A DNA stretch of 64,000 nucleotides from Pseudomonas sp. (lineage in GTDB: Bacteria; Pseudomonadota; Gammaproteobacteria; Pseudomonadales; Pseudomonadaceae), in the NCBI RefSeq assembly GCF_035497915.1, contig NZ_DATJCS010000012.1:62068-126067 (forward strand), in the 5' to 3' direction. Each line of letters begins with the position of its first letter. The stretch's first letter is position 1. Both the position numbers and the translations under genes were made by a program. The notes below the pieces were generated by a model that was not told the origin of the DNA, made no database searches, and saw only the letters and a program-made list of their open reading frames with translations. Positions 22,994 to 34,777 of the stretch are shown piece after piece.

Positions 22994-24103
22994 ATGACCG
23001 ACCTCGTCAATCTGCTGGGCCTGACCCAGCCGCAACTGGAACAGTTCTTCGAGTCCATCGGCGAGAAGCGCTTCCGGGCCGGGCAGGTGATGAAATGGAT
23101 TCACCACTTTGGCGTCGATGACTTCGACGCCATGACCAATCTCGGCAAGGCCCTGCGCGAAAAGCTCAAGGCCTGCGCCGAGATTCGCGGTCCCGAGATC
23201 GTCAGCCAGGACATTTCCAGCGACGGCACCCGCAAGTGGGTGGTGCGCGTGGCGTCCGGCAGCTGCGTGGAGACCGTGTACATCCCGGCGAACGGGCGCG
23301 GCACCCTGTGCGTGTCCTCCCAGGCCGGCTGCGCGCTGGATTGCAGCTTCTGCTCCACCGGCAAGCAAGGATTCAACAGCGACCTGACCGCCGCCGAGAT
23401 CATCGGCCAGGTGTGGATCGCCAACAAATCGTTCGGCACCGTGCCGGCCAAGATCGACCGTGCTATCACCAACGTGGTGATGATGGGCATGGGCGAGCCG
23501 CTGCTGAACTTCGACAATGTGGTCGCCGCCATGACCATCATGATGGACGACCTCGGCTACGGCATTTCCAAGCGCAAGGTGACGCTGTCCACCTCCGGCG
23601 TGGCGCCGATGATCGACAAGCTCGGTGAAGTGACCGACGTGGCCCTGGCCCTGTCGCTGCACGCGCCCAACGACGAGCTGCGCAACCAGCTGGTGCCGAT
23701 CAACAAGAAGTACCCGCTGGATGTGGTGCTGGGCGCCTGCCGTCGCTACATCGACAAGCTGGGCGACAAGCGCTACCTGACCGTCGAGTACACCCTGCTG
23801 CAGGGCGTCAACGACCAGCCCGAGCATGCCGAGCAGATGATCGCGCTGCTCGCCGACATGCCCTGCAAGATCAACCTGATTCCCTTCAATCCCTTCCCGC
23901 ATTCCGGTTATGAGCGGCCGAGCAACAACGCCATCCGCCGTTTCCAGGATCTTCTCCAGCAGGCCGGCTACAACGTCACCGTGCGCACCACCCGGGGCGA
24001 CGACATCGACGCTGCCTGCGGCCAGCTGGTCGGACAGGTCCAGGACCGTACCCGGCGCAGCGAACGCTACATTGCCGTGCGCCAGCTGAATGCCGAAGGG
24101 TAA
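22994..24103 (+). CDS. rlmN: 23S rRNA/tRNA m2A methyltransferase RlmN
   Basis: [29 protein letters not shown]. Confidence 0.97.
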   Translation: MTDLVNLLGLTQPQLEQFFESIGEKRFRAGQVMKWIHHFGVDDFDAMTNLGKALREKLKACAEIRGPEIVSQDISSDGTRKWVVRVASGSCVETVYIPANGRGTLCVSSQAGCALDCSFCSTGKQGFNSDLTAAEIIGQVWIANKSFGTVPAKIDRAITNVVMMGMGEPLLNFDNVVAAMTIMMDDLGYGISKRKVTLSTSGVAPMIDKLGEVTDVALALSLHAPNDELRNQLVPINKKYPLDVVLGACRRYIDKLGDKRYLTVEYTLLQGVNDQPEHAEQMIALLADMPCKINLIPFNPFPHSGYERPSNNAIRRFQDLLQQAGYNVTVRTTRGDDIDAACGQLVGQVQDRTRRSERYIAVRQLNAEG

Positions 24104-24145
24104 GGCGCCGGCAACCGACCGCCGTATCTGAAGGGAGTTGCCACC

Positions 24146-24910
24146 ATGAGTCTGCGTCTTGCGACCCTGATCTGCCTGACCGGCCTGTTGGCCGGTTGCA
24201 TGTCCCACACCAGCGGCATGGACCCGCTGAGCACCGCCCAGGGGCGTGAACAGGCCCGTGACGCCTATATCCAGCTGGGCATCGGCTACCTGCAGCAGGG
24301 CGCCAGCGAGCGCGCCAAGGGCCCGCTGGGCAAGGCGCTGGAGATCGATCCGGACAACCCCGCCGCGCATGCCGCCCTGGCACTGGTGTTCCAGACCCAG
24401 ATGGAGCCAGCTTTGGCTGACCAGCATTACCGCAGGGCGCTGGCCGTCCGGCCGAAGGATGCGCGCATCCTCAACAATTACGGCACCTTCCTGTTCGAGC
24501 AGAAGCGCTACGAACAGGCTTACGAGCGCTACCGCCAGGCCAGCGAGGACACCCTGTACGGCGAACGCTCGCGGGTCTTCGAAAACCTCGGGCTGACCGC
24601 CCAGGCGCTCAAGCGCGAGGAGCAGGCCGCCGAACACTTCCAGCGCGCGCTGCGCCTGAACGCCAACCGCCCGCAAGCCCTGCTGGCGATGGCCGAGCTG
24701 TCCTACAACCGCAAGGACTACGTGGCCGCACGTAACTATTACGAGCGTTTCACTGGCCTCGCGGAGCAGAATGCCCGTAGTCTTCTGCTCGGCATTCGCC
24801 TGGCCAGGGTGTTCGGCAATGCCGGCCAGGCTGCCAGTCACGGTCTGCAACTCAAACGCCTGTACCCCGCGTCGCGGGAATATCAGCTCTACCTGTCGGA
24901 GTACAAATGA
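24146..24910 (+). CDS. pilW: Type IV pilus pilotin, TPR lipoprotein (PilW/PilF)
   Basis: Lipobox LLAGC, TPRs, NNYGTFL. Confidence 0.92.
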   Translation: MSLRLATLICLTGLLAGCMSHTSGMDPLSTAQGREQARDAYIQLGIGYLQQGASERAKGPLGKALEIDPDNPAAHAALALVFQTQMEPALADQHYRRALAVRPKDARILNNYGTFLFEQKRYEQAYERYRQASEDTLYGERSRVFENLGLTAQALKREEQAAEHFQRALRLNANRPQALLAMAELSYNRKDYVAARNYYERFTGLAEQNARSLLLGIRLARVFGNAGQAASHGLQLKRLYPASREYQLYLSEYK

Positions 24911-25803
24911 ACACGTCGAACAGCGAAGCCGCGATGACGACTCCGGGCAACCCGGGTGAACGCCTGCGCCAGTCCCGGGAAGCCCGGCACTGGTCGAGGG
25001 CCGAAGTGGCCCTGCAGCTGCACCTTTCCGAGGATGCCGTGCGTCACATCGAGGACGGCCTTTTCGACAAGCTGCCCGGCGCCACCTTTGCGCGTGGCTA
25101 CATTCGCTCCTACGCCAAGCTGCTGGGTCTGGACGCCACCGAACTGGCCCACGAGTTCGACCGCTACACCGGCACCCCGCCGACGGCGAGCACGCCGCAG
25201 GGGCTGGGCAAGGTTCAGGAGCCGGCCCGTCTGTCGCACAATGCCCTGCGCGGCGGCCTGTTCGTGCTGTCGCTGGTGGCGGTCGGTATCGGCGTGCTCT
25301 GGTGGCAGGAACGCTACGGCGAAGCCCCGGCGCGTACGACCGCACCGATCGAGCGTGTCGAAGTGGACACCGCCGACGGTTCCACCGAGGTGCTGACCCT
25401 GGACGAGCCCGAAGATCAGGCCGTGCAGGCCGCCCAGGTGCCGATCGATCTGCTGGATCCGGCACCGGCGCAGCCCGAGGGTGAGGCGACCGTTGCCACC
25501 GAGGCGCCTGTCGCCGAACCCGAGCCGACCGCTTCCGTCCCCGCCGCCCCCGAGCTGGCCGCTGGCGAAGGTCGTCTGCAGATCATGTTCGTCGAAGACT
25601 GCTGGGTGCAGGTCACCGATGCCACCGGCAAGGTACATGTCGCCCAGCTGAAGAAGAAGGGTGAAAGCCTGGACCTGAGCGCCCCGGCGCCCCTGCAGGT
25701 GCGCCTGGGCTTCGTGCAGGGCGCACAGATCACCTACAACGGAGAACCCGTCGACCTCAGCGGTCGCCGTTCCCAGACCGCCAACCTGCGCCTGGGCGAA
25801 TAG
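24907..25803 (+). CDS. rodZ: Cell-shape protein RodZ
   Basis: N-terminal HTH ([15 protein letters not shown]), one TM segment, C-terminal CWVQVTD domain. Confidence 0.92.
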   Translation: MNTSNSEAAMTTPGNPGERLRQSREARHWSRAEVALQLHLSEDAVRHIEDGLFDKLPGATFARGYIRSYAKLLGLDATELAHEFDRYTGTPPTASTPQGLGKVQEPARLSHNALRGGLFVLSLVAVGIGVLWWQERYGEAPARTTAPIERVEVDTADGSTEVLTLDEPEDQAVQAAQVPIDLLDPAPAQPEGEATVATEAPVAEPEPTASVPAAPELAAGEGRLQIMFVEDCWVQVTDATGKVHVAQLKKKGESLDLSAPAPLQVRLGFVQGAQITYNGEPVDLSGRRSQTANLRLGE

Positions 25804-25814
25804 AGCCGAGCATC

Positions 25815-26924
25815 ATGCATAGCGAATCCCCCATCAAACGCCGGCTGTCCCGCAAGATCTGGGTCGGCTCGGTCCCGGTTGGCGGCGACGCACCCATCGC
25901 GGTGCAGAGCATGACCAACACCGACACCCACGACGTGGCCGCCACCGTGGCGCAGATCCAGCGCCTGGAAGCTGCCGGCGCCGACATCGTGCGCGTCTCG
26001 GTGCCGGACATGGATGCCGCCGAAGCCTTTGGCAAGATCAAGCAACAGGTGAACGTGCCGCTGGTTGCCGATATCCACTTCGACTACCAGATCGCCCTGC
26101 GTGTGGCCGAACTGGGCGTCGACTGCCTGCGCATCAACCCGGGCAACATCGGCCGTGAAGACCGCGTGCGTGCCGTGGTGGATGCCGCCCGCGACAAGGG
26201 CATCCCGATCCGCATCGGCGTCAACGCCGGCTCGCTGGAAAAGGACCTGCAGAAGAAGTACGGCGAGCCGACCCCGCAGGCGCTGCTGGAATCGGCGCTG
26301 CGCCATGTCGAGCACCTGGATCGCCTGGACTTCCAGGACTTCAAGGTCAGCGTGAAAGCCTCCGACGTGTTCATGGCCGTGGAAGCCTACCGCCTGCTCG
26401 CCAGGCAGATCACCCAGCCCCTGCACCTGGGCATCACCGAGGCTGGTGGCCTGCGCTCCGGCACCGTGAAGTCCGCGGTGGGCCTGGGCATGCTGCTGGC
26501 CGAAGGCATCGGCGACACCATCCGCATCTCCCTGGCCGCCGATCCGGTGGAGGAGATCAAGGTCGGCTTCGACATCCTCAAGTCCCTGCGCCTGCGCTCG
26601 CGTGGCATCAACTTCATCGCCTGCCCGAGCTGCTCGCGACAGAACTTCGATGTGGTGAAGACCATGAACGAGCTGGAACAGCGCGTCGAGGACCTGCTGG
26701 TGCCGCTGGATGTGGCGGTGATCGGCTGCGTGGTGAATGGGCCGGGCGAAGCCAAGGAGGCGCATATCGGCCTCACCGGTGGCACGCCCAACCTGGTCTA
26801 CATCGACGGCAAGCCGGCGCAGAAACTGACCAATGACAACCTGGTGGATGAGCTGGAACAGCTCATCCGCCGCAAGGCCGCCGAAAAGCAGGCGGCCGAT
26901 GCCGCCGTGATCGCGCGCAGCTGA
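25815..26924 (+). CDS. ispG: HMBPP synthase
   Basis: [35 protein letters not shown]. Confidence 0.97.
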   Translation: MHSESPIKRRLSRKIWVGSVPVGGDAPIAVQSMTNTDTHDVAATVAQIQRLEAAGADIVRVSVPDMDAAEAFGKIKQQVNVPLVADIHFDYQIALRVAELGVDCLRINPGNIGREDRVRAVVDAARDKGIPIRIGVNAGSLEKDLQKKYGEPTPQALLESALRHVEHLDRLDFQDFKVSVKASDVFMAVEAYRLLARQITQPLHLGITEAGGLRSGTVKSAVGLGMLLAEGIGDTIRISLAADPVEEIKVGFDILKSLRLRSRGINFIACPSCSRQNFDVVKTMNELEQRVEDLLVPLDVAVIGCVVNGPGEAKEAHIGLTGGTPNLVYIDGKPAQKLTNDNLVDELEQLIRRKAAEKQAADAAVIARS

Positions 26925-26939
26925 AGTTAAGGAATTTTC

Positions 26940-28232
26940 GTGAGCAAGACCCTGCAAGCCATCCGTGGCATGAACGACATCCTGCCGGCGCAGACCCCGG
27001 CGTGGCGCTACCTGGAAGGCACCTTCGCCGAGCTGCTGGACAGCTACGGCTACAGCGAGATCCGCCTGCCCATCGTCGAGTACACCGAGCTGTTCGCCCG
27101 CGGCATCGGCGAAGGCACCGACGTGGTGGACAAGGAGATGTACACCTTCCTGGACCGCAATGAGGAATCCCTCACCCTGCGTCCGGAAGGCACCGCCGGC
27201 TGCGTGCGCGCCGTGCTCGAGCATGGCCTGTCGGGTGGCGGCCAGGTGCAGAAGCTCTGGTACATGGGGCCGATGTTCCGCTACGAGAAGCCGCAGAAGG
27301 GCCGCTATCGGCAGTTCCACCAGATCGGCGTGGAGGTGTTCAACCAGCCCGGTCCGGACATCGACGCCGAGCTGATCATCCTCACCGCACGCCTGTGGAA
27401 GCAGCTGGGCATGGCCGACGCCGTGACCCTGCAGCTCAACAGCCTGGGTTCCAGCGAGGCCCGCGCGCGCTATCGCGACGCGCTGGTGGAGTACCTCAAG
27501 GCGCGCTTCGAGCAGCTCGACGAGGACAGCCAGCGCCGCCTGACCACCAATCCGCTGCGCATCCTGGACAGCAAGAACGCCCAGACCCAGGCGCTGCTGG
27601 CCGACGCGCCGACCCTGCTCGACTACCTCGACGACGAGTCGAAGGTGCATTTCGACGGTCTGCGCGCGCGCCTGGATGCGGTGGGCATCGCCTATCAGAT
27701 CAACCCCAAGCTGGTGCGTGGCCTGGACTACTACGGCCGCACCGTGTTCGAGTGGGTCACCGACAAGCTGGGCGCCCAGGGCACCGTGTGTGCCGGCGGT
27801 CGCTACGATGGCCTGGTCGCCCAGTTCGGCGGCAAGCCGACGCCGGGCGTCGGTTTCGCCATGGGTGTCGAGCGCCTGGTGCTGCTGCTGGAAACCCTCG
27901 GCCTGGTGCCGGCGGAACTGTCGCGCGCCCCCCATGCCTATATCTGCGCCTTTGGCGAAGCGGCGGAGCTGGCCGCGCTGCAGCTCTCGGAGCGCTTGCG
28001 TGATACCCTGCCGGGCCTGCGCATACTGGTGAATGCCGGCGCCGGCAGCTTCAAGAGCCAGTTCAAGAAAGCCGACAAGAGCGGCGCCCATTTCGCCCTG
28101 ATCCTGGGCGAGGATGAACTGGCGCAGCGCGTGGTGGGCGTCAAGCCGCTGCGCGATGACAGCGACCAGCAGAGCATTGGCTGGGATGCACTGGCCGGCC
28201 ATCTGGCCGCGTCGCTGCAACTGCGCGCCTGA
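26940..28232 (+). CDS. hisS: Histidine--tRNA ligase
   Basis: [31 protein letters not shown]. Confidence 0.97.
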   Translation: MSKTLQAIRGMNDILPAQTPAWRYLEGTFAELLDSYGYSEIRLPIVEYTELFARGIGEGTDVVDKEMYTFLDRNEESLTLRPEGTAGCVRAVLEHGLSGGGQVQKLWYMGPMFRYEKPQKGRYRQFHQIGVEVFNQPGPDIDAELIILTARLWKQLGMADAVTLQLNSLGSSEARARYRDALVEYLKARFEQLDEDSQRRLTTNPLRILDSKNAQTQALLADAPTLLDYLDDESKVHFDGLRARLDAVGIAYQINPKLVRGLDYYGRTVFEWVTDKLGAQGTVCAGGRYDGLVAQFGGKPTPGVGFAMGVERLVLLLETLGLVPAELSRAPHAYICAFGEAAELAALQLSERLRDTLPGLRILVNAGAGSFKSQFKKADKSGAHFALILGEDELAQRVVGVKPLRDDSDQQSIGWDALAGHLAASLQLRA

Positions 28233-28252
28233 CACGCATAAGGAGAATCAGG

Positions 28253-28891
28253 GTGAACATGACCGAAGACGAACAGATCGCCAGCCTGAAGGAGTGGTGG
28301 AGCCGCAACGGCATGCCGCTGGTCACCGGCGGGCTGCTGGCCCTGGCCGTGGTGTTCGGCTGGCAGGCCTGGCAGAACTATCAGACCAACAAGGCGCAGG
28401 GCGCCTCGCTGGTTTATCAGCAACTGGTGGAAACCGCGCTGGGCGCCGAAAAGCCGGACACCGCGCGGGTCGCCGAGCTGTCTGCCCAGCTCAAGAAAGA
28501 ATTCGGTGGTACGCACTACGCCCAGTTCGGCAGCCTGTTCGTCGCCAAGGTGGCGGTCGAGGCCGGCCAGCTGGACGAAGCCGCCGCCGAGCTGCGTGCC
28601 GTGCTGGACAAGCCGGCCAGCGCCGACCTGGAAGAGCTGGCCCGCCAGCGCCTGGCCCGCGTGCTGAGCGCCCAGGGTAAGGGCGAGGAAGGCCTGGCCC
28701 TGCTGGACGGCGAGGTCGATGCGGCCTACCTGGCCGGCCGCGAGGAGCTGCGCGGCGACCTGCTGCTGCAACTGGGCCGCAAGCAGGAGGCGTTCGCCGC
28801 CTACAGCAAGGCCAAGGACGCGCTGCCGGTCAACGGTGCCGCCGGCACCCTGCAGCTCAAGCTGGACGACCTGGCCAACGGAGACGCCTGA
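28253..28891 (+). CDS. yfgM: Ancillary SecYEG translocon subunit YfgM (TPR_21)
   Basis: EDEQIASLKEWW, single TM segment; between hisS and bamB. Confidence 0.9.
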   Translation: MNMTEDEQIASLKEWWSRNGMPLVTGGLLALAVVFGWQAWQNYQTNKAQGASLVYQQLVETALGAEKPDTARVAELSAQLKKEFGGTHYAQFGSLFVAKVAVEAGQLDEAAAELRAVLDKPASADLEELARQRLARVLSAQGKGEEGLALLDGEVDAAYLAGREELRGDLLLQLGRKQEAFAAYSKAKDALPVNGAAGTLQLKLDDLANGDA

Positions 28892-28892
28892 C

Positions 28893-30035
28893 GTGAGAAC
28901 CCCCTGGACCTGGGCGCTGCTGTTCGGCATGGCCGTGTTGGCCGGCTGCGGTAGCTCGAGCAAGAAGGAGCTGCCGCCGGCCGATCTGCCGGATTTCGAG
29001 GCGGAACTCACGCTGCGCAAGGAGTGGAGTCGCTCGATTGGCGACGGCCAGGGGGATCTGTTCAATCGCCTGACGCCGGCGGTGGACGGCGAGCGCATCT
29101 TCGCCGCCGACGCCGACGGCCTGGTGCAGGCCATGGATCGCCTGACCGGCAAGGTGCTGTGGAAGAAGAAGCTCAAGCTGCCGGTGTCCGGCGGCGTGGG
29201 CGCCGGACACGGCCTGGTGCTGGTCGGCACGCTGAAGGGCGAAGTGATTGCCCTGGACGCCGAAAGCGGCGAGCAGCGCTGGCAGGCCAAGGCCACCAGC
29301 GAGGTGCTGTCCGCACCGGCGACCAACGGCGACGTGGTGGTGGTGCAGACCCAGGATGATCGGCTGATCGGCCTGGACGCGGCCACTGGCGCGCAGCGCT
29401 GGATTCACGAAAGCTCGCCGGCGGTGCTGACCCTGCGCGGCACCGGCGCGCCGTTGCTGACCAACGATCTGGCCATTGCCGGCCTGTCCAACGGCAAGGT
29501 CATTGCCGTGGACGCCCGTCGCGGCCTGCCGGTCTGGGAGCAGCGCGTCGCGGTGCCCCAGGGGCGCTCCGAGCTGGAACGCATCATCGATATTGATGGC
29601 GGCCTGCTGCTCTCCGGCAGCACCGTCTATGTGGTCAGCTATCAGGGACGTCTGGCAGCGCTGGATCTGAACAGCGGCCGGGTGCTCTGGCAGCGCGAGG
29701 CTTCCAGTTCGGTCGGCGTCGCCCAAGGGTTCGGCAGCGTGTATATCAGCCTGGCCAACGGCACGGTGGAGGGCATCGACGAGCGCTCCACCACCGCGCT
29801 GTGGAGCAACGACCAACTGGCGCGCCGCCAGCTGTCCGCGCCGGAAGTGTTTTCCAGCTATGTGGCGCTGGGTGACTACGAGGGTTACCTGCATCTGGTC
29901 AGCCAGGTGGATGGCCGCTTCGTCGCCCGTACCCGCGTCGGCAGCGACGGCCTGCGCGCCCGGCCGATCGCCGTGGGTGGCTGGCTGTATGTCTACGGCG
30001 ACGGCGGCAAGCTGATGGCGCTGACCATCAAATAG
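28893..30035 (+). CDS. bamB: Outer-membrane assembly factor BamB
   Basis: Lipobox LAGC, PQQ-like repeats, PQGRSELERIIDIDG. Confidence 0.94.
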   Translation: MRTPWTWALLFGMAVLAGCGSSSKKELPPADLPDFEAELTLRKEWSRSIGDGQGDLFNRLTPAVDGERIFAADADGLVQAMDRLTGKVLWKKKLKLPVSGGVGAGHGLVLVGTLKGEVIALDAESGEQRWQAKATSEVLSAPATNGDVVVVQTQDDRLIGLDAATGAQRWIHESSPAVLTLRGTGAPLLTNDLAIAGLSNGKVIAVDARRGLPVWEQRVAVPQGRSELERIIDIDGGLLLSGSTVYVVSYQGRLAALDLNSGRVLWQREASSSVGVAQGFGSVYISLANGTVEGIDERSTTALWSNDQLARRQLSAPEVFSSYVALGDYEGYLHLVSQVDGRFVARTRVGSDGLRARPIAVGGWLYVYGDGGKLMALTIK

Positions 30036-30132
30036 CGGACGGGCGCGCAGCCGCGCGCCACCGCGCTGAATGATCGGCCGCTGCCCTGGCAGCGGCCTTC
30101 GTGTTTTTCGATTTTTTAAAGTGGAGAGCCGC

Positions 30133-31605
30133 ATGGTTCCCGTAATTGCCCTGGTCGGCCGTCCCAACGTGGGCAAATCGACCCTGTTCAACCGCCTGAC
30201 CCGTTCCCGCAACGCCATCGTCGCCGAGTTTGCCGGCCTGACCCGCGATCGCCAGTACGGCGAAGCCAAGTGGCAAGGCCGCACCTACATCGTCGTCGAC
30301 ACCGGCGGCATCACCGGCGACGAGGAAGGCATCGACGCCAAGATGGCCGAGCAGTCGCTGCTGGCCATCGAGGAAGCCGATGCGGTGCTGTTCATGGTCG
30401 ACTCGCGCGCCGGGCTGACCGCCGCCGACGAGCTGATCGCCGAGCACCTGCGCAAGCGCAACAAGCGCTGTTTCCTGATCGCCAACAAGGTCGACACCGT
30501 CGACCCCGACCTGGCGCGCGCCGAGTTCAGCCCGCTGGGCCTGGGCGATGCGCTGCCGATCGCCGCCGCCCACGGGCGCGGCATCCAGCCGATGCTGGAA
30601 GAAGTGCTTGGCGTGTTCCCCAAGGACGACGAGGTCGAAGCGCTGGAAGCGGCGGCGCAGCAGGACGTCGCCGAAGGCGAGGAAGCCGCGCGCATCCCCG
30701 GCCCGAGCGAGAAGGACGGCATCAAGATCGCCATCATCGGCCGTCCCAACGTCGGCAAGTCCACGCTGGTCAATCGCATGCTCGGTGAAGAGCGCGTGGT
30801 GGTCTACGACCAGGCCGGCACCACGCGCGACAGCATCTACATCCCGTTCGAGCGCGACGACGAAAAGTACACGCTGATCGACACCGCCGGCGTGCGCCGG
30901 CGCGGCAAGATCTTCGAGGCCATCGAGAAGTTCTCGGTGGTGAAGACCCTGCAGGCTATCCAGGACGCCAACGTGGTGGTGTTCGTCATGGATGCCCGCG
31001 AGGGCGTGGTCGAGCACGACCTCAACCTGCTCGGTTTCGTGCTGGAAACCGGCCGCGCGCTGGTCATCGCGCTGAACAAGTGGGACGGCATGGAACCGTC
31101 CGAACGCGACTACGTAAAGAAGGAGCTGGAGCGCCGGCTGTTCTTCGTCGACTTCGCCGATATCCATTTCATCTCCGCGCTGCATGGCACCGGGGTGGGA
31201 CATCTGTACAAGTCGGTGCAGGCCGCCTTCACCTCGGCGGTGACCCGCTGGCCGACCAGCCGCCTGACCCGCGTCCTCGAGGATGCCGTGCAGGTCCACC
31301 AGCCGCCGCTGGTCAACGGCCACCGCATCAAGCTGCGCTACGCCCACCTGGGCGGTGCCAACCCGCCGCTGATCATCATCCACGGCAACCAGGTGGAGGC
31401 GGTGCCCAAGTCGTACACCCGCTACCTGGAGAACACCTTCCGCAAGGTGCTCAAGCTGGTGGGCACGCCGATCCGCATCGAATACAAGGGCGGCGAAAAC
31501 CCCTACGAGGGCAAGAAGAACCAGCTTACCGACCGCCAGGTGAACAAGAAGCGTCGCCTGATGGCCCACCACAAGAAGGCCGAGAAGAAGCGCAAGAAGA
31601 AATAG
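30133..31605 (+). CDS. der: Ribosome biogenesis GTPase Der (EngA)
   Basis: Two GRPNVGKS P-loops, DTGG/DTAG, NKVD/NKWD. Confidence 0.97.
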   Translation: MVPVIALVGRPNVGKSTLFNRLTRSRNAIVAEFAGLTRDRQYGEAKWQGRTYIVVDTGGITGDEEGIDAKMAEQSLLAIEEADAVLFMVDSRAGLTAADELIAEHLRKRNKRCFLIANKVDTVDPDLARAEFSPLGLGDALPIAAAHGRGIQPMLEEVLGVFPKDDEVEALEAAAQQDVAEGEEAARIPGPSEKDGIKIAIIGRPNVGKSTLVNRMLGEERVVVYDQAGTTRDSIYIPFERDDEKYTLIDTAGVRRRGKIFEAIEKFSVVKTLQAIQDANVVVFVMDAREGVVEHDLNLLGFVLETGRALVIALNKWDGMEPSERDYVKKELERRLFFVDFADIHFISALHGTGVGHLYKSVQAAFTSAVTRWPTSRLTRVLEDAVQVHQPPLVNGHRIKLRYAHLGGANPPLIIIHGNQVEAVPKSYTRYLENTFRKVLKLVGTPIRIEYKGGENPYEGKKNQLTDRQVNKKRRLMAHHKKAEKKRKKK

Positions 31606-31637
31606 CGGCCTCTGCGTCGGAACTGCACGGTTCTTTT

Positions 31638-31721
31638 GTGGGAGCGGACTTGTCCGCGAGCTTTTCATCAGGCCCACCTAGTCGGCCGCCCCAAAAAGCT
31701 CGCGAATGAATTCGCTCCCAC
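31638..31721. repeat. REP doublet (REPIN-like)
   Basis: GTGGGAGCGGACTTGTCCGCGA ... TCGCGAATGAATTCGCTCCCAC; the same pairing recurs at 40386-40454. Confidence 0.9.
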
Positions 31722-31826
31722 AGATGTCGCACTGAGCCGGCTTGGGTGGGAGCGGCGGGCTCCCGCTTGCACCCTCCCGCTTCCCGCTTCTATGCTCGAC
31801 GCCCCGTTTCCCTGGCGTCGAAGCCC

Positions 31827-32978
31827 ATGATCCACAGCAAGCTGCCCCACGTCGGCACCACCATCTTCACCACCATGTCCCAGCTGGCCACGCAGGTCGG
31901 GGCGATCAACCTGTCCCAGGGCTTCCCCGATTTCGACGGGCCGGATGCGCTGCGCGAGGCGGTCGGCCGCCACGTGATGGCCGGCCACAACCAGTACGCG
32001 CCGATGACCGGCCTGCCGGCGCTGCGCGAGCAGGTGGCGGCCAAGGTGGCGCGGCTGTACGGTCGCCAGGCCAATGCCGACAGCGAAATCACCATCACCC
32101 CCGGCGCCACCCAGGCGATCTTCTGCGCCATCCAGGCGCTGGTCCGCGAGGGCGACGAGGTCATCGTCTTCGACCCCTGCTACGACAGCTACGAGCCTTC
32201 GGTGCAACTGGCCGGCGGACGCTGCATTCATCTGCCGCTGAACCTGCCGGACTTCGCCATCGACTGGCAGCGCCTGCAGGACGCGCTGACGCCGCGCACC
32301 CGGCTGATCATCCTCAACAGCCCGCACAACCCCAGCGGCGCACTGCTGGAGCGCGCCGATCTGGAGCGCCTGGCCAGCCTGCTGCGCGGTCGCGAGGACA
32401 TCTACCTGCTCAGCGACGAGGTCTACGAGCATCTGGTGTTCGACGGCCGCGAGCATGCCAGCCTGCTGCGCCACCACGAGCTGTATGCGCGCGCCTTCGT
32501 GGTCAGTTCCTTCGGCAAGACCTACCACGTCACCGGCTGGAAGACCGGCTATGTGGTGGCGCCGCCGGCGCTCACCGCGGAGCTGCGCAAGGTGCACCAG
32601 TACGTGAGCTTCACCGGCGTCACTCCGCTGCAATGGGCGCTGGCCGACTACATGGCCGCCTATCCGCAGCATGTCGACGAATTGCCAGACTTCTACCAGG
32701 CCAAGCGCGACCTGTTCTGCGGGTTGCTGGCCGAATCGCGTTTTCGCTTCACGCCGACGCCGAGCACTTATTTCCAGCTGGCCGACTACTCGGCGATTCG
32801 CCCGGATCTGGACGATGTGGCGATGAGTCAGTGGCTGACCCGCGAGCATGGCGTGGCCTGCATCCCGGTGTCGGTGTTCTACCAGGCGCCACCGCAGGAC
32901 CTGCGCCTGGTGCGCTTCTGCTTCGCCAAGCGCGAGGAGACCCTGCGCCAGGCGGCGGAGAAGCTGTGTGCCGTATGA
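31827..32978 (+). CDS. PLP-dependent aminotransferase (YbdL-like, class I/II)
   Basis: INLSQGFPDF, NSPHNPSG, SDEVYEH, SSFGKTYHVTGWKTG. Confidence 0.92.
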   Translation: MIHSKLPHVGTTIFTTMSQLATQVGAINLSQGFPDFDGPDALREAVGRHVMAGHNQYAPMTGLPALREQVAAKVARLYGRQANADSEITITPGATQAIFCAIQALVREGDEVIVFDPCYDSYEPSVQLAGGRCIHLPLNLPDFAIDWQRLQDALTPRTRLIILNSPHNPSGALLERADLERLASLLRGREDIYLLSDEVYEHLVFDGREHASLLRHHELYARAFVVSSFGKTYHVTGWKTGYVVAPPALTAELRKVHQYVSFTGVTPLQWALADYMAAYPQHVDELPDFYQAKRDLFCGLLAESRFRFTPTPSTYFQLADYSAIRPDLDDVAMSQWLTREHGVACIPVSVFYQAPPQDLRLVRFCFAKREETLRQAAEKLCAV

Positions 32979-33001
32979 ATCGATGGCTGTGAGGAACCGA
33001 C

Positions 33002-33787
33002 ATGAGTGACAAACCCGACCTGCGCCTGGCCTTGGTGCAGACCGACCTGGCCTGGCACGACGCCCAGGCCAATCGCGCGCGCTTCGCTGCCCTGCTGGAG
33101 CAGGCGCGCGGCGCCGACCTGGTCATCCTGCCGGAGATGTTCACCACCGGCTTCTCGATGGAGTCGGCAGCGTTGGCCGAACCGGAGGAGGGCGCCACCC
33201 GGGCCTGGCTGCGTGAGCAGGCCGAGCGGCTGCAGGCGGTGGTGACTGGCACGCTGATCGTCCAGGCGGCGGACGGCAGCTACCGCAACCGCCTGCTGTG
33301 GGCGCAGCCGGACGGCCAGGTGCGCCATTACGACAAGCGCCACCTGTTCCGCATGGCCGGCGAACACGAGCATTTCGCTGCTGGCACCGAGCAGGCGTTG
33401 TTCGAGCTGAAGGGTTGGCGGGTGCGTCCGCTGATCTGCTACGACCTGCGCTTCCCGGTCTGGAGTCGCGATCCCCAGGGCACCGACCTGCTGCTCTACA
33501 CGGCCAATTGGCCGGCGGCCCGCCGCAACGCCTGGAATCGTCTGCTGCCGGCGCGGGCCATCGAGAACCTCTGCTACGTGGCGGCGGTGAACCGTGTCGG
33601 CACCGACGGCCATGGCTATCCCTACAGCGGCGACAGCCAGGTGCTGGATTTTCTTGGCGACAGCCTGCTGGACGCGGGGGAGGGCGACGGCGTGTTCCAG
33701 GTCAGCCTGAATGCCGAGAAGCTCGCGCGCTTCCGCGAACGCTTCCCGGCCTGGCGTGATGCGGACGGGTTTGTATTGAAGGGGTGA
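33002..33787 (+). CDS. Nitrilase-family amidohydrolase (YafV-like omega-amidase)
   Basis: Triad motifs LPEMF, YDKRHLF, ICYDLRFP. Confidence 0.92.
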   Translation: MSDKPDLRLALVQTDLAWHDAQANRARFAALLEQARGADLVILPEMFTTGFSMESAALAEPEEGATRAWLREQAERLQAVVTGTLIVQAADGSYRNRLLWAQPDGQVRHYDKRHLFRMAGEHEHFAAGTEQALFELKGWRVRPLICYDLRFPVWSRDPQGTDLLLYTANWPAARRNAWNRLLPARAIENLCYVAAVNRVGTDGHGYPYSGDSQVLDFLGDSLLDAGEGDGVFQVSLNAEKLARFRERFPAWRDADGFVLKG

Positions 33788-33797
33788 GCCCCACCCA

Positions 33798-33835
33798 TCG
33801 CGGCTGAAGCCGCTCCTACTGTTTGTACGGCCTAC
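33798..33835. repeat. REP elements
   Basis: TCGCGGCTGAAGCCGCTCCTAC at 33798-33819 plus a second GTAGG end on the minus strand overlapping the EamA stop. Confidence 0.8.
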
Positions 33836-34707
33836 GTGCGGGTCAGAACTCCAACGCTGGGTTTGCGGCCCAGTTTATTCACCCACAACGAGCCGACGAT
33901 GATCAGGCCGCCGACCGCCAGGCGCAGCAGGTCTTCTTCCGTGTTCCAGATCAGCAGGTTGATCAGCAGCCCCACCGGCACGCTGAGGTTGTTCATCACC
34001 GCCAAGGTGCCGGCGTCCACCTGGGTGCCGCCCTTGTTCCACCAGAACTGGCCCAGCGCGGTGGCCAGCAGGCCCATCCACACCAGTACGCCCCATTGCA
34101 CATCGGTGGTCGGCAGGCGCTGCGGGTTGCCCAGCAGCAGCCAGGCCGGCAGCACGACGATCAGTGCGCCGAGGAAGAAGTAACCGAAGCGCCGGAACAG
34201 CGGCACGTCGCAGGGATGGCGGGCTACCAGCCGCTTGTACAGCACCTGACCGGTGGCGAAGGTGAAGTTGGCGATCTGCAGCAGGAAGAAGCCGAGCAGG
34301 AAATCGCCGCTGACGTCGTCATAGCGGATCAGCGCCGCGCCGAACACCGCCAGCGCCGCGGCCAGCAGCGCCCAGCCGTTGAAGCGGCGGTTCAGGGCGT
34401 CGTCGATCAGCGTCACGTGCAGCGGCGTGAGCACCGTGAACAGCAGCACCTCCGGCACCGTCAGCACGTTGAAGCTCAGGTACAGGCAGATATAGGTGAC
34501 GCCGAACTGCAGCGCGCCGACCAGCATCACGCCGCGGATGAAGGGCGGCGGCACGCCGCGCCAGCGGGTGAGTGGCAGGAACACCAGGGCGGCCAATACC
34601 ACCCGGGTGAGTACCGCAAAGTAGCTGTCGACCTGGCCGGCCAGGAAGGCGCCGATCAGGTTGAAGGAAACCGCCCACAGCAGGGTGACGACGAGCAGGT
34701 AGATCAT
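33832..34707 (-). CDS. EamA/DMT family carboxylate/amino acid/amine transporter
   Basis: About 10 TM segments in two EamA halves; LLWAVSFNLIG, TVLTPL. Confidence 0.88.
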   Translation of the reverse strand: MIYLLVVTLLWAVSFNLIGAFLAGQVDSYFAVLTRVVLAALVFLPLTRWRGVPPPFIRGVMLVGALQFGVTYICLYLSFNVLTVPEVLLFTVLTPLHVTLIDDALNRRFNGWALLAAALAVFGAALIRYDDVSGDFLLGFFLLQIANFTFATGQVLYKRLVARHPCDVPLFRRFGYFFLGALIVVLPAWLLLGNPQRLPTTDVQWGVLVWMGLLATALGQFWWNKGGTQVDAGTLAVMNNLSVPVGLLINLLIWNTEEDLLRLAVGGLIIVGSLWVNKLGRKPSVGVLTRT

Positions 34708-34777
34708 TTGGGACTCCCGATGAGGGCGCCGACATTACCTGCTGGCCAGGCCGACCACAATTGCCCTTGCGGCGAAC

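Noticed and set aside
31745-31790. Repeated TCCCGCT units before the aminotransferase
   Set aside because: Short, degenerate low-complexity tract next to a REP; no function can be supported.
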